NCBI GenBank assembly: GCA_963805305.1
Contig: CAWDTM010000008.1
Coordinates: 328,317-392,316 of the forward strand
Source: an uncultured Chloroflexia bacterium
GTDB taxonomy: Bacteria > Chloroflexota > Limnocylindria > QHBO01
Direction of reading: 5' to 3'
Length of the DNA: 64,000 nucleotides
Below are positions 50,794-60,427 of this stretch, piece by piece (within the stretch, counting starts at the first letter, position 1; each line of letters begins with the position of its first letter). The notes beneath the pieces are model-generated. The model was not told where the DNA came from. It saw only the letters and a list, made by a program, of their open reading frames with translations, and searched no databases. The translations under genes were made by a program, and so were the position numbers.

Positions 50794-52374
50794 ATGCGAG
50801 ACCCAGACCGCTTCTACCTGACCACGGCGATCTTCTATCCGAGCCCTCGGCCACCGCTCCATTCCCTCTTCGAGGTGATCGGCGCGGACGTCCTGGCGCG
50901 GTACCACCGGCTGCTCGGCGACGACACCCGTTTCCTGACCGGCATGGACGAGCACTCGGCCCAGGTCGAGCCCCTCGCTCGCGAGCACGGCACTGATCCG
51001 CGCTCCCTCGTCGATGCCTGGGCTCCCGCGTGGCGGGAACGTTTCGACCGCTTCGCCATCAGCTACGACCGCTTCATCCGCACCACCGATGCGGACCACG
51101 TGCGGGCCTCGACCGAGATGGTGCGCCGGGCTCGCGCCAACGGGGACATCTACAAGGGCGTGTACTCCGGCTGGTACTGCCCCGGAGACAACGAGTTCAA
51201 GACCGATTCGCAGCTTGTCGACGGCCACTGCCCGGATCACCCGACCCTCGAGCTGGAGTGGCTCGAGGAGGAGAACTACTTCTTCCGCCTCTCTGCCTAC
51301 CAGGAACGACTCGAGACCCTCTACCGCGAGAACCCGTCGTTCTGCGAGCCGGAGCATTTCCGGAACGAGGTGCTCGCCTGGCTCCGCGAGGGGCTGCGCG
51401 ACTTCAGCATCAGCCGGGCCGGGGGCAGCTGGGGGATCCCGTTCCCGGACGATCCCGAGCACCGGATCTATGTCTGGTTCGACGCGTTGACCAACTACGT
51501 CACCGGCGCCGGCTTTCCCGACGACGCGGAGATGTTCGCCCGCTGGTGGCCGGCCGACGTGCACGTCATCGGCAAGAACATCACCCGCTTCCATTGCCTC
51601 TACTGGCCCGCGATGCTGATGAGCGCCGGCCTGCCTTTGCCCCGGGCGGTGTTCGCGCACGGCTTCATGCTCCTGCGCGGCGAGAAGATGTCGAAGACGC
51701 GCGGCAACGTCCTGGATCCCGACGAGGCGGTGGACCTCTTCGGGGTGGACGGCACGCGCTATCTCGTGCTGCGCGAGATCCCGTTCGACCGCGACGGCGA
51801 CATCAGCGTGGAAGGGCTCATCCGTCGCTACAACGCGGACCTCGCCAACGACCTGGGCAATCTCGTGAACCGGACCGTGAGCATGAGCGCCCGTTACGCC
51901 GATGGCGCCCTGCCGACGGTGGCGTCCGCGACCCAGCCAGCCGATCTCGAGCTTCGAGCGGCGGCCGAACGGACGGTCGCCGCCTATCACGGCGCGATGC
52001 GCGCCCTGCACTTCGACGAGGCGCTCGCGGCGATCATGGAGCTCACCCGAGCAGGCAACGGCTACGCGGAGTCGCAGGCTCCGTGGAGCCTGAACCGCGC
52101 GGGCGAGCAGGACCGGGTACGCGAGGTCCTCTCCGCGATGGCGGAGACCTGCCGGATCCTGGGCCACCTCGTGGCACCCTTCACGCCTGCCGCATCGGCG
52201 CGCCTCGCCACCCAGCTGGGCGTTTCCCAGCCGTATGACGCACGCGGCGCCGGCGGCCCCGGGCTCGCCGCGCTCCTGGCCTGGGGCGGCGGTCCGGACG
52301 GTTGGCAGACGGGCAACGCCGAGCCGCTCTTCCCGCGCACGGAGCTGCCGGTGGTGGAGGAGGCCGCGCCCTGA
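50794..52374 (+). CDS. metG: Methionine--tRNA ligase, short form without a C-terminal tRNA-binding domain; HIGH motif degenerate
   Basis: Class I aaRS core: LTGMDEHS, KMSKTRGN (KMSKS motif), zinc-knuckle cysteines. The position aligned to HLGH reads PLHS. Confidence 0.85.
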   Translation: MRDPDRFYLTTAIFYPSPRPPLHSLFEVIGADVLARYHRLLGDDTRFLTGMDEHSAQVEPLAREHGTDPRSLVDAWAPAWRERFDRFAISYDRFIRTTDADHVRASTEMVRRARANGDIYKGVYSGWYCPGDNEFKTDSQLVDGHCPDHPTLELEWLEEENYFFRLSAYQERLETLYRENPSFCEPEHFRNEVLAWLREGLRDFSISRAGGSWGIPFPDDPEHRIYVWFDALTNYVTGAGFPDDAEMFARWWPADVHVIGKNITRFHCLYWPAMLMSAGLPLPRAVFAHGFMLLRGEKMSKTRGNVLDPDEAVDLFGVDGTRYLVLREIPFDRDGDISVEGLIRRYNADLANDLGNLVNRTVSMSARYADGALPTVASATQPADLELRAAAERTVAAYHGAMRALHFDEALAAIMELTRAGNGYAESQAPWSLNRAGEQDRVREVLSAMAETCRILGHLVAPFTPAASARLATQLGVSQPYDARGAGGPGLAALLAWGGGPDGWQTGNAEPLFPRTELPVVEEAAP

Positions 52375-53204
52375 GCCGGCGCCGCGGTCCGCGACATCTT
52401 CCGGGGATCGTCGACTCGCACGGGCATCTGCAGCATCCCGCCTTCGACGAGGACCGTGCCGCGGTCCTCGAGCGGGCACGCACGGCCGGCTTCACGCGCA
52501 TCGTCGTCCCCGGCTGGGATCGAACCTCATCCGAGGCCGCGGTGGAGCTCGCCGCGCGGCATGCCGACCTCCTGGTGCCCGCGGTCGGCATCCATCCGCA
52601 CCATGCCGAGGAGGCGACGGAGACCGACTGGGCCGTCATCGAAGCCCTGGCCACGGAGGCGAGCGTCCGTGCGATCGGCGAGATCGGCCTCGACTTCTTC
52701 CGTCTGCTCGCCCCCGCCGAGGCCCAGCGGGAGGCGCTGGCACGCCAGCTCGAGATGGCCGCGACTGCGGGCAAGCCGGTGCTGATCCACGATCGCGATG
52801 CGCACGACGAGGTCGAGCAGCTCCTCATCGACTGGGCCGGTCCGGCCGGTCGGCCGCTGCGCGGCGTCCTGCATTGCTTCTCCGGGGACGGAGCCATGGC
52901 CAGGCGTCTTGCAGCCGGGGGATACCTCGTCTCATTCGCCCTGCCGCTGACGTTCCGCTCCGCCACGGGGCCTCGCGAGGCGGCCGCGGCGTTGGCTCCC
53001 GAGTCGATCCTCGTTGAGACGGACGCGCCGTGGCTGGGTCCGGGCCCAGACCGGCGGAATGAGCCGATCACCGCGCTCCGCGTCGCGGCCGAGGTGGCTC
53101 GGCTGCGTGGGAGCGACCCCGAGACGGTGGCCCGCACGGTGGCTGCGGCGCTCGACCGCCTCCTGTTCGACGGGGCGGGGGACGCTGGCACGCAACGTGC
53201 ATGA
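52302..53204 (+). CDS. tatD: TatD-family metal-dependent hydrolase/DNase; start uncertain (overlaps the metG 3' end)
   Basis: [29 protein letters not shown] and VETDAPWL are TatD motifs. It is the conserved neighbour of metG. Confidence 0.75.
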   Translation: MADGQRRAALPAHGAAGGGGGRALSRRRGPRHLPGIVDSHGHLQHPAFDEDRAAVLERARTAGFTRIVVPGWDRTSSEAAVELAARHADLLVPAVGIHPHHAEEATETDWAVIEALATEASVRAIGEIGLDFFRLLAPAEAQREALARQLEMAATAGKPVLIHDRDAHDEVEQLLIDWAGPAGRPLRGVLHCFSGDGAMARRLAAGGYLVSFALPLTFRSATGPREAAAALAPESILVETDAPWLGPGPDRRNEPITALRVAAEVARLRGSDPETVARTVAAALDRLLFDGAGDAGTQRA

Positions 53205-53273
53205 GCGTGGATCGAACGAGGATGCGCGCGTCGTCGCGGTCATGAGCCCACATGCAGGGAGGACTGCCGAACC

Positions 53274-53516
53274 ATGAGCCAGGTGAACGTCAACACGCCG
53301 GGGGGCGGACCGGAGCCGGTCGAAACCGGTACGGGGTACGGCTTCATCGTCGGAATTCTCGTCGCCATCGTGGTCATCGTTCTCCTCGCGTACTTCCTGC
53401 TGCTCAACCCGGGCAACACGAATGACACGACGAACAGCGGTGGCGCGGGGAACTCGGGGGGGCAGCCGGCGGTGACCCCCGGTCCCAGCGCCTGGCACCT
53501 GGTTGACCTCGGCTGA
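53274..53516 (+). CDS. Hypothetical small membrane protein (80 aa)
   Basis: GGAGG RBS, one TM helix ([22 protein letters not shown]), and a Gly/Asn-rich tail. Confidence 0.45.
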   Translation: MSQVNVNTPGGGPEPVETGTGYGFIVGILVAIVVIVLLAYFLLLNPGNTNDTTNSGGAGNSGGQPAVTPGPSAWHLVDLG

Positions 53517-53618
53517 CGAGTCGGGGCGGCGCCTGCCGCTCCGCGTACGGATCGCCAGGCAGGTCCGGTCTCCCGCCTTCCCGCATCGCGCGCGGGGCGT
53601 GACGTGAGACCCAATCCG

Positions 53619-53647
53619 AACGGCATCGGCCCAGGGCCGATGCCGTT
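53619..53647 (+). terminator. Stem-loop terminator candidate after the small membrane protein gene
   Basis: aacggcatcggc-ccagg-gccgatgccgtt followed by a T-containing tract. Confidence 0.3.
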
Positions 53648-53680
53648 CGTGTGTCCCCTGCAGGTCAACGGTCCCTCCGG

Positions 53681-53710
53681 TTGACAAGCGTCGGCGGCAG
53701 CCGCTACTCT
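53681..53710 (+). promoter_or_regulatory. groESL promoter candidate (-35 TTGACA 53681-53686; -10 TACTCT 53705-53710)
   Basis: Consensus -35 with an 18-nt spacer. The CIRCE site starts 3 nt downstream of the -10. Confidence 0.45.
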
Positions 53711-53712
53711 CA

Positions 53713-53739
53713 TTAGCACTCTCCGTGGTCGAGTGCCAG
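53713..53739 (+). promoter_or_regulatory. CIRCE operator (HrcA binding site): TTAGCACTC-N9-GAGTGCCAG
   Basis: The left arm matches the CIRCE consensus TTAGCACTC-N9-GAGTGCTAA exactly. The right arm has two mismatches at its distal end. The site lies between the promoter and groES. Confidence 0.65.
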
Positions 53740-53835
53740 AACGGTCGCATGGGCCGGTGGCCTCCCGCGTGAGACTCGGCACAGATGATCGGCATAGCGC
53801 ACCTGCGACATGATTTGAGGAGGCACCACGCACAG

Positions 53836-54147
53836 ATGGCCAAAAAGGTAGCCGGAGCGACGAAGCTCAAGCCCCTGGGCGATCGGCTCGTCATCAAGCC
53901 CACGCCGCGCGAAGAGACGACGAAGAGCGGCATCGTGCTGCCGGACACCGCGAAGGAGCGCCCGCAGGAGGGCACCGTCCTGGCGGCCGGACCGGGCCGC
54001 ATCCTGGACGACGGGTCCCGCGAGGCGATGGACGTCTCCGTGGGCCAGAAGATCCTGTTCCAGAAGTACGCCGGCACGGAGTTCAAGCTGGACGAAGAGG
54101 AGCTCCTGATCCTCTCCCAGAAGGACGTCCTGGCCGTCATCGAGTAG
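53836..54147 (+). CDS. groES: Co-chaperonin GroES
   Basis: [12 protein letters not shown]...[35 protein letters not shown]. Confidence 0.95.
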   Translation: MAKKVAGATKLKPLGDRLVIKPTPREETTKSGIVLPDTAKERPQEGTVLAAGPGRILDDGSREAMDVSVGQKILFQKYAGTEFKLDEEELLILSQKDVLAVIE

Positions 54148-54204
54148 TCGTCCCGGGTCGCCTGAGGCGAGTTCCGCGGATTGCTAAGGAGGAAACACAC
54201 ACCC

Positions 54205-55830
54205 GTGGCGAAGCAGCTGCTATTTGATGAGGAGGCGCGTCGAGCGCTCAAGCGCGGCGTGGACAAGATGGCCGAGGCCGTCAAGGTCACGCTTGGCCCC
54301 CGCGGCCGGTACGCGATCCTGGACAAGAAGTTCGGTGCCCCGACGATGACGAACGACGGCGTCACGATCGCGCGCGACATCGAGCTCGAAGATCCCTACG
54401 AGAACATGGGGGCCCAGCTCCTCGAGGAGGTCGCCGCCAAGACGAACGACGTCGCGGGCGACGGCACCACGACGAGCATCGTGCTGGCCCAGGCGATCAT
54501 CACCGAAGGGCTCAAGAACGTGACCGCCGGCGCCAACCCAATGGGGCTGAAGCGCGGGATCGAGCGCGGCGTGGCTGCGGTGGTCGAGGAGATCAAGACC
54601 CTCACCAAGCCGGTCGACAGCCGGGACGACATCGCCCACATCGCCTCCATCAGCGCGCGCGACACCGATATCGGCAACACCATCGCCGAGGTGATGGAGA
54701 AGGTCGGCAAGGACGGTGTGGTCACCGTCGAGGAAGGGCAGGGCCTGAAGCTCGAGATCGAGTACGTCGAGGGGATGCAGCTCGACCGCGGCTACGTCAG
54801 CGCCTACATGGTCACCTCGAACGACGGCGGTCGCATGGAGGCCACCCTCGACAACACGTACCTGCTCGTCACCGACAAGAAGATCAGCGCCGTTGCCGAC
54901 ATCCTGCCGGCGCTCGAGAAGGTCGTCTCGCAGGGGCGTCCGCTCCTGATCGTCGCCGAGGACGTGGACGGGGAGGCGCTCGCCACCCTGGTGGTGAACA
55001 AGCTGAAGGGCACGCTGAACGTCCTCGCGGTGAAGGCGCCGGGCTTCGGCGATCGCCGCAAGGCGATGCTCGAGGACATCGCGATCCTGACCGGGGCCCG
55101 CGTGATCAGCGAGGAGGTCGGGCGGAAGCTCGACAGCGTCCAGCTCGAGGATCTCGGGCAGGCTCGCCGGGTGACCGCCACCAAGGACACCACCACCATC
55201 ATCGATGGGAAGGGCGCCGAGGACGCGATCAAGGCCCGCATCGGCCAGATCAAGCTCCAGATCGAGGACACCACGAGTGACTTCGACCGGGAGAAGCTCC
55301 AGGAGCGCCTGGCGAAGCTCTCCGGCGGCGTCGCCGTCCTGAAGGTCGGCGCGGCCACGGAGGTCGAGCTCAAGGAGAAGAAGCACCGCATCGAGGATGC
55401 CCTCTCGGCCGCTCGTGCAGGGATCGAGGAGGGGATGGTCGCCGGTGGCGGCTCCGTCCTGGTCCATGCCGTCCCCGCGCTCGACAAGGTCGAGGCGCTG
55501 GGCGATGAGGCGGTCGGCGTGAACATCCTGCGCCGTGCGCTCGAAGAGCCGCTTCGCCAGATCGCGGCGAACGCCGGCCAGGAGGGCTCCGTCGTGGTCG
55601 ACGCGGTCCGCAAGATGAAGCCCGGCCACGGGTACGATGCCCAGAAGGGCGAGTACACCGATATGTTCGCGGCCGGCATCATCGACCCGGCCAAGGTGAC
55701 GCGCTCCGCGCTGGAGAACGCTGCGTCCGTCGCGGCGCTGCTCCTGACGACGGAGACGATCATCACCGACCTCCCCGAGAAGGACAAGGCCCAGATGCCG
55801 GGCATGCCGCCCGGCGGCATGGACTACTAG
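54205..55830 (+). CDS. groEL: Chaperonin GroEL
   Basis: [29 protein letters not shown] and a C-terminal GGM-type tail ([11 protein letters not shown]). AAGGAGG RBS before GTG. Confidence 0.95.
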   Translation: MAKQLLFDEEARRALKRGVDKMAEAVKVTLGPRGRYAILDKKFGAPTMTNDGVTIARDIELEDPYENMGAQLLEEVAAKTNDVAGDGTTTSIVLAQAIITEGLKNVTAGANPMGLKRGIERGVAAVVEEIKTLTKPVDSRDDIAHIASISARDTDIGNTIAEVMEKVGKDGVVTVEEGQGLKLEIEYVEGMQLDRGYVSAYMVTSNDGGRMEATLDNTYLLVTDKKISAVADILPALEKVVSQGRPLLIVAEDVDGEALATLVVNKLKGTLNVLAVKAPGFGDRRKAMLEDIAILTGARVISEEVGRKLDSVQLEDLGQARRVTATKDTTTIIDGKGAEDAIKARIGQIKLQIEDTTSDFDREKLQERLAKLSGGVAVLKVGAATEVELKEKKHRIEDALSAARAGIEEGMVAGGGSVLVHAVPALDKVEALGDEAVGVNILRRALEEPLRQIAANAGQEGSVVVDAVRKMKPGHGYDAQKGEYTDMFAAGIIDPAKVTRSALENAASVAALLLTTETIITDLPEKDKAQMPGMPPGGMDY

Positions 55831-55850
55831 TCCTCGACCCGGAACCGATA

Positions 55851-55879
55851 GGCCCCGGCGGGCGTCTCCCGCCGGGGCC
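55851..55879 (+). terminator. Rho-independent terminator candidate after groEL
   Basis: GC-rich hairpin ggccccggcggg-cgtctc-ccgccggggcc followed by ttctgctg. Confidence 0.5.
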
Positions 55880-55979
55880 TTCTGCTGCCCGCCGGCCCCT
55901 GCTGTGGTGCGATGATCTGGCGCGCGCGGGGCCCGGCCGCTGATCGGCCGGCGGCGGCCGTCAGTGGAGGCGCGGATCG

Positions 55980-56924
55980 ATGATGGAGCCTGTCGACCGC
56001 GAGGCACACGCGCTCGGTGGGCTCGTGGCGCTCTCTGTCGCGGCCTGGCTCGCCTACGTCGGCGTGCTCATGCTCCTGCGGGGAGGGACGGTCACCCCGG
56101 ACCTCGTGCTGACCGTCGTGGCGCTCATCGCCATCGCCGCGCTCGCTGATCGCCCGGTCCTGCGCGAGCTCCTGCCGTTCCCGCTCATCGCGCTCACGTG
56201 GGAGGCGATGCGCGGGCTCTCCGCCGACCTCGTGGCGCGTGCCCACGCCGCGGACATCGTCAGGCTGGAACGCTCGCTCTTCGGCGGGGTGAGCGGCGGG
56301 AGAACACCGAGCGAATCCCTCCAGGCGGCATTCCATTCGGTGGGGACCATCAATCCCCTGGACGTGGTCATGACCGTGGTCTACCTCGGCCATTTCGTGG
56401 CACCGGTCGTCATCGGCGTCGTCCTCTGGCGGCTCGACCGCTCGGTCTACTACCGGTATGCCATGGCCATGGTCCTGATCGCGCTGGCCGGGTACGGCAC
56501 GCAGCTGGTCTTCCCGGTGGCACCTCCGCGGCTCGCCTTCGAGTTCGGCGCGCCGCTCGCCGTCCACGACATCGCCGCGCAGGTCCTCGATGCCTTCCGC
56601 TTCGTGCCGTTCGCCGCCTGGGGCTACGGCAACCTGTCGGGCAACGAGCTGGCGGCATTCCCGTCGCTCCATGCCGCCTTCCCCCTGGTCGGGGCGTTCT
56701 TCCTGGCGCGCGTGAGTCGCCGCGCGACATGGATCGCCATCGCGTGGTCGGCCGTGGTCTGGTTCGCGATCGTCTACCTGGCGCAGCACTACCTCGTCGA
56801 CGCCCTTGCCGGCCTGGGGTACGCCGCTGTCGTCTGCGCGGTCACGGGCCACGCCTCGTTCGAGGCGGTCACGCGTCGCCTGGCCACGATCCCGCTGCCC
56901 GGTGTCGCCACCCGAGCCGATTGA
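55980..56924 (+). CDS. PAP2-superfamily integral membrane protein (inositol-phosphorylceramide synthase/PAP2_like_2-type)
   Basis: Multi-TM protein with PAP2-like motifs (FPSLHAAFP; YLAQHYLVDAL). Confidence 0.65.
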   Translation: MMEPVDREAHALGGLVALSVAAWLAYVGVLMLLRGGTVTPDLVLTVVALIAIAALADRPVLRELLPFPLIALTWEAMRGLSADLVARAHAADIVRLERSLFGGVSGGRTPSESLQAAFHSVGTINPLDVVMTVVYLGHFVAPVVIGVVLWRLDRSVYYRYAMAMVLIALAGYGTQLVFPVAPPRLAFEFGAPLAVHDIAAQVLDAFRFVPFAAWGYGNLSGNELAAFPSLHAAFPLVGAFFLARVSRRATWIAIAWSAVVWFAIVYLAQHYLVDALAGLGYAAVVCAVTGHASFEAVTRRLATIPLPGVATRAD

Positions 56925-56999
56925 GTGCGTCGCCTTCCCGATTCGACGACCCGGACGTCAGTCGGGCGTCGACGTTTGCCGGGGCGCGCCCGGCGTTCC

Positions 57000-57713
57000 T
57001 CACGGGGCGGGCCGGACCGCGCGGATGTGCAGAAACAGGGGGAGGCGCTGCCATCGATCGCCGGCCGGCGCGCTCGAATCGGGGATTTCCGCCAGCCGCT
57101 CGATGACCATCCCGGCCGCGGCCAGGCCGTCGGCATAAACCTGCAGCGGCCGATGCTCTGACACGAACGTCATCCGCAGCCCGTCACGCTCGAACGTGTC
57201 GCGCGTGCGACGACGCTCGAAGTAGCTCCCGCGGATCACGAATGGCGCGTCCGCCGTGCGCTCGGTGAAGGTCCCGGCGGAATTGATGGGATGGACGATC
57301 GCCATGGCGAGGTGCCCCCCGGGGACCAGCACCCGGGCCGCCTCGCCCAGGGCCGTCTCGAGCTCGTCGACGTCCTGGTACGACATGAATGCCACGACCA
57401 GCGCGATCGATCCGTCCGGCACCGGGAGGCGTGCGGCATCGGCCTCGAGGTATCTGCCGTTCGGATCGGCCTCGCGGGCGGCCGCCAGCAGCGTTGGCGA
57501 CGCGTCGATGCCGATCATCTCGTACCCGCGATCTCGCAGGTCGCGCGTCAGCCGGCCCTCGCCGCAGCCGACATCCAGGGTCGGACCTGCCGGGGCCGGC
57601 AGCAGCGGGAGGAACCGGTCGCGGTGGAAACGCCAGTAGCTATCGTGCTGCGGGGCGCGGGCCCATGCGATCCAGTTTCCGGCCTCGGCCTCCCACGCCT
57701 TCCGCAGGCTCAT
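57000..57713 (-). CDS. Class I SAM-dependent methyltransferase
   Basis: LDVGCGEGRL (motif I), VVAFMSYQDVDE and PGGHLAMAI (Methyltransf_11-like). Internal start M67 of ORF 57000..57911, chosen to abut the upstream gene. Confidence 0.7.
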   Translation of the reverse strand: MSLRKAWEAEAGNWIAWARAPQHDSYWRFHRDRFLPLLPAPAGPTLDVGCGEGRLTRDLRDRGYEMIGIDASPTLLAAAREADPNGRYLEADAARLPVPDGSIALVVAFMSYQDVDELETALGEAARVLVPGGHLAMAIVHPINSAGTFTERTADAPFVIRGSYFERRRTRDTFERDGLRMTFVSEHRPLQVYADGLAAAGMVIERLAEIPDSSAPAGDRWQRLPLFLHIRAVRPAP

Positions 57714-58255
57714 GTCCGCCGCGCTCCCCAGCGCTCGTAGTGAACGGTCTCGCTGACCGGGCGCCGCGCGGTGCCGCGTGCGGCCTTCCGCTTGCGGCCC
57801 GTCGCGTTGGGCGTGCCGATGGCGATGGCCGTTCGGACCTTGTGCTCGGATGGGACGCGGAGCAGCTCCTTGACGGCTGCCTCGCCCGCCACGAGCCAGG
57901 CCATCCCGCACCCCAGGCCGTGGGCGGTCGCGGCCAGCATGATCCGCTCCGCGATGCGGCCTTCATCGAACGCATCGGTGATGCGCCGCTCGCCCGGCAT
58001 CACGACGACGACTGCTAGGGGTGCAGCGGCAATGTGGCCCGCGCTGGGGCTTGCCTCGCTGAGCTGTCGCAGAGTCCCCGGGTCGGTGACCACAATGAGC
58101 TGCCATTCTTGCTGGTTCTGGGAGCTGCCCGTCCAGCGTGCAACCTCGAGGATGTCGTCGAGGACCTCGGGCGCCACCGGGGCGGGATCGAAGGAGCGGA
58201 CCTGTCGCAGGGTTCTGAGGAATCGGGTTCGGTCAGTCGCAGCGGTATCGGTCAT
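57710..58255 (-). CDS. Nitroreductase family protein
   Basis: LRTLRQVRSFDPAPV...IMLAATAHGLG pattern matches the nitroreductase fold. Start uncertain (58255 or 58306). Confidence 0.7.
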   Translation of the reverse strand: MTDTAATDRTRFLRTLRQVRSFDPAPVAPEVLDDILEVARWTGSSQNQQEWQLIVVTDPGTLRQLSEASPSAGHIAAAPLAVVVVMPGERRITDAFDEGRIAERIMLAATAHGLGCGMAWLVAGEAAVKELLRVPSEHKVRTAIAIGTPNATGRKRKAARGTARRPVSETVHYERWGARRT

Positions 58256-58368
58256 CGTCCGATCGTAGCCCCCGGGGTCCGTGTTGCGTCGTGATTCGGT
58301 CCGCATGGCACTGTCGCGCACCGGGCGCGGGCCCATGCTGGCCTCCGGAGCCGCATGAGACCACCGTC

Positions 58369-59022
58369 ATGACCATCACCGCGCCGCCCGAGATGGAGTT
58401 CGAGCATCCACAGCACTGGGAGGATCTCCACGCCGCCTCGGCGGACCACGTTCGCTTCGTTTACGTTCCGTACCGCCGATATCTCAGCCTCGACGGGGTC
58501 GCGCGACCGGGCTCGGAAGCCTTCCAGGCCGCGATCGGGACCCTCTACGCCGTCGGGTACACGCTGCACTTCGCCCTGAAATCTCGCGGCGTCAACGCGC
58601 CGGTCGGAGTGCTCGAGGGCGTCTACTGGATCGACCAGCCCGGACCCATCCCGCTCGAGCGCTTCGCGGCCACCCGGGACACGCCAATGCGCTGGAGGCT
58701 GCTGCTGGTGGCACCCGAGGAGGCCACCGAGGAGGAGATCGACGGGGCAAGGGCGGAGGTCGCCCGTCGCGGCACCGCACCCGAAGCGCTGCTGGCGCAG
58801 CTTGCGTGCCGTGGCTGGCTGGAAGGTGAATGTGCCCAGGTCCTGCATGTCGGGTCCTACGATGCGGAATATCCGACCGAGGTGCGCGTGCACGCGGCAA
58901 TGGCGGGGGCCGGGCTGCGGCCGCGGGGCTGCCACCACGAGATCTACCTGAGCTCGCCCTCCGCGCCACCCGAGCGCACCCGCACGATCATCAGGCAGCC
59001 GGTCGAGGAGATCGCCTGGTAG
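58369..59022 (+). CDS. GyrI-like small-molecule-binding domain protein
   Basis: The C-terminal ...HEIYLSSPSAPPERTRTIIRQPV is the characteristic GyrI-like/SbmC ending. Confidence 0.6.
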   Translation: MTITAPPEMEFEHPQHWEDLHAASADHVRFVYVPYRRYLSLDGVARPGSEAFQAAIGTLYAVGYTLHFALKSRGVNAPVGVLEGVYWIDQPGPIPLERFAATRDTPMRWRLLLVAPEEATEEEIDGARAEVARRGTAPEALLAQLACRGWLEGECAQVLHVGSYDAEYPTEVRVHAAMAGAGLRPRGCHHEIYLSSPSAPPERTRTIIRQPVEEIAW

Positions 59023-59281
59023 CTCGACCCGCGTCGGCAGATCATGACGGAATATGGCAGGTTCGGCGTTCACACTGTCGGCATAGCCGACAGAGCGAGG
59101 ATGAGCCGAACCATGTACTCAAGCGAGCTGTTCCACCTGATGGCCGACGAGCGCGAGCGCGAGGTCCGTCACCTGCTGAAGGTGCGGGCCCTGCTCGCCG
59201 GCCCTTGCCGCGATCGCTCGACCATCGCGGCGCCACCCCGTGAGCGCAGGGCGCGCGGCCGATGAGCGGTTGCACCCACCG

Positions 59282-60256
59282 CTAGGTCGAAGCGCCATGA
59301 CGAGCCAGCGAGCCGCGGGCCAGGTCACCGACCTCGGTTCGCAGTTCGGCTGGCTCGACGACCTCCAAGGCCCCCCCCATCCCGACCAGGCGCGCCGCCG
59401 CGTCGCGTGGCCAGTCCACGGAGAGTCGCAGCCGCTGCCAGCCCTCGGGATCGCCCTCGTTCGGGAGCTGCTCGGCCCCGTCGACGGCACCACCCCCCAC
59501 CAGCGTGGCCAGGAGCCCGAGCTGTTCCGGATCCACGCGGATGATGACCTCGATACGGGGAAGGTCACGCTCGTACGCGGCCGTCGAGGCGGCCCAGTAA
59601 CCGGCCAGATCGAAGCCGGGCGGGCGCTCGAACCGTTCGTCAAGCGCCTCGGCGTACTCGATCCTTGACACGCGATACGTGCGCGGGGCGCCATCGCGGA
59701 GAGCGACGAGGTACCACACGCCGCTCTTGAGGACCACGCCCAGCGGGTCCAGGATCCGATCCGGCTCCGCCGTTGGCTTGAGGTATCGCACGCGCAGCCG
59801 GCGCTGGCTCCAGACCGCCTGGGCCACGGTTGCCAGCTGCGGGGTCTGGTCGGCACTGCGAAACCAGCCGGGTGCGTCGAGGTGGAAGCGCTCACGGATC
59901 CGCCCCGCGCGCGACCGGAGCTCCGTGGGCAGGGCGGCAAGCAGCTTGAGCTGTGCCGTGGCGAGCACGGTACCCAGCCCGAGATCGGCGGCAGGGCCCG
60001 GCATGCCGGCCAGGAAGACGGCGCCGGCCTCGTCCATGGTCAGGCCGGTCAGCCGGGTGCGATAGCCGTCGATCAGCTGGTAGCCCCCGGCCGGGCCGCG
60101 ATCCCCGTACAGCGGGACGCCCGCCTCGGAGAGGGAGTCGACATCGCGGTAGATGGTCCGGATCGACACCTCGAGCTCCGTGGCGAGCTCGCGGGCGGTC
60201 ATCCGCCCGCGTGTCTGGAGGAGGAGCAGGATGGAGAGGAGCCGGCTCGATCTCAC
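59282..60256 (-). CDS. YafY-family transcriptional regulator (N-terminal HTH, WYL domain, C-terminal WCX domain)
   Basis: RLLSILLLLQTRGRMTARELATELEVSIRTIYRDVDSLSEAGVPLY (HTH_11) followed by a WYL region (GVWYLVALRDGAPRTYRVSRI). GTG start. Transcribed divergently from pcrA. Confidence 0.75.
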   Translation of the reverse strand: MRSSRLLSILLLLQTRGRMTARELATELEVSIRTIYRDVDSLSEAGVPLYGDRGPAGGYQLIDGYRTRLTGLTMDEAGAVFLAGMPGPAADLGLGTVLATAQLKLLAALPTELRSRAGRIRERFHLDAPGWFRSADQTPQLATVAQAVWSQRRLRVRYLKPTAEPDRILDPLGVVLKSGVWYLVALRDGAPRTYRVSRIEYAEALDERFERPPGFDLAGYWAASTAAYERDLPRIEVIIRVDPEQLGLLATLVGGGAVDGAEQLPNEGDPEGWQRLRLSVDWPRDAAARLVGMGGALEVVEPAELRTEVGDLARGSLARHGAST

Positions 60257-60427
60257 GGCTCCATGGTAGGCCGTGATCGTGCCAGCAGATGGCAGGAATG
60301 ATCGCGCGACGGAAACGCTCCTGGCTGATCGCCTCCCGCCCACCGGGTCCCGTGGCCGCCTGCATCCGCGGCGCGATCCTGCCGCGCGCCGCCGGAGCCC
60401 GGGGAGACGGCTAGAATCGGTGGGCCG

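Noticed and set aside
49927-52479. 850-aa minus-strand ORF
   Set aside because: Only the C-terminal 272 aa (49927..50745) form a coherent FNR. The upstream 580 aa are antisense to metG and low-complexity, so I trimmed to the internal ATG.
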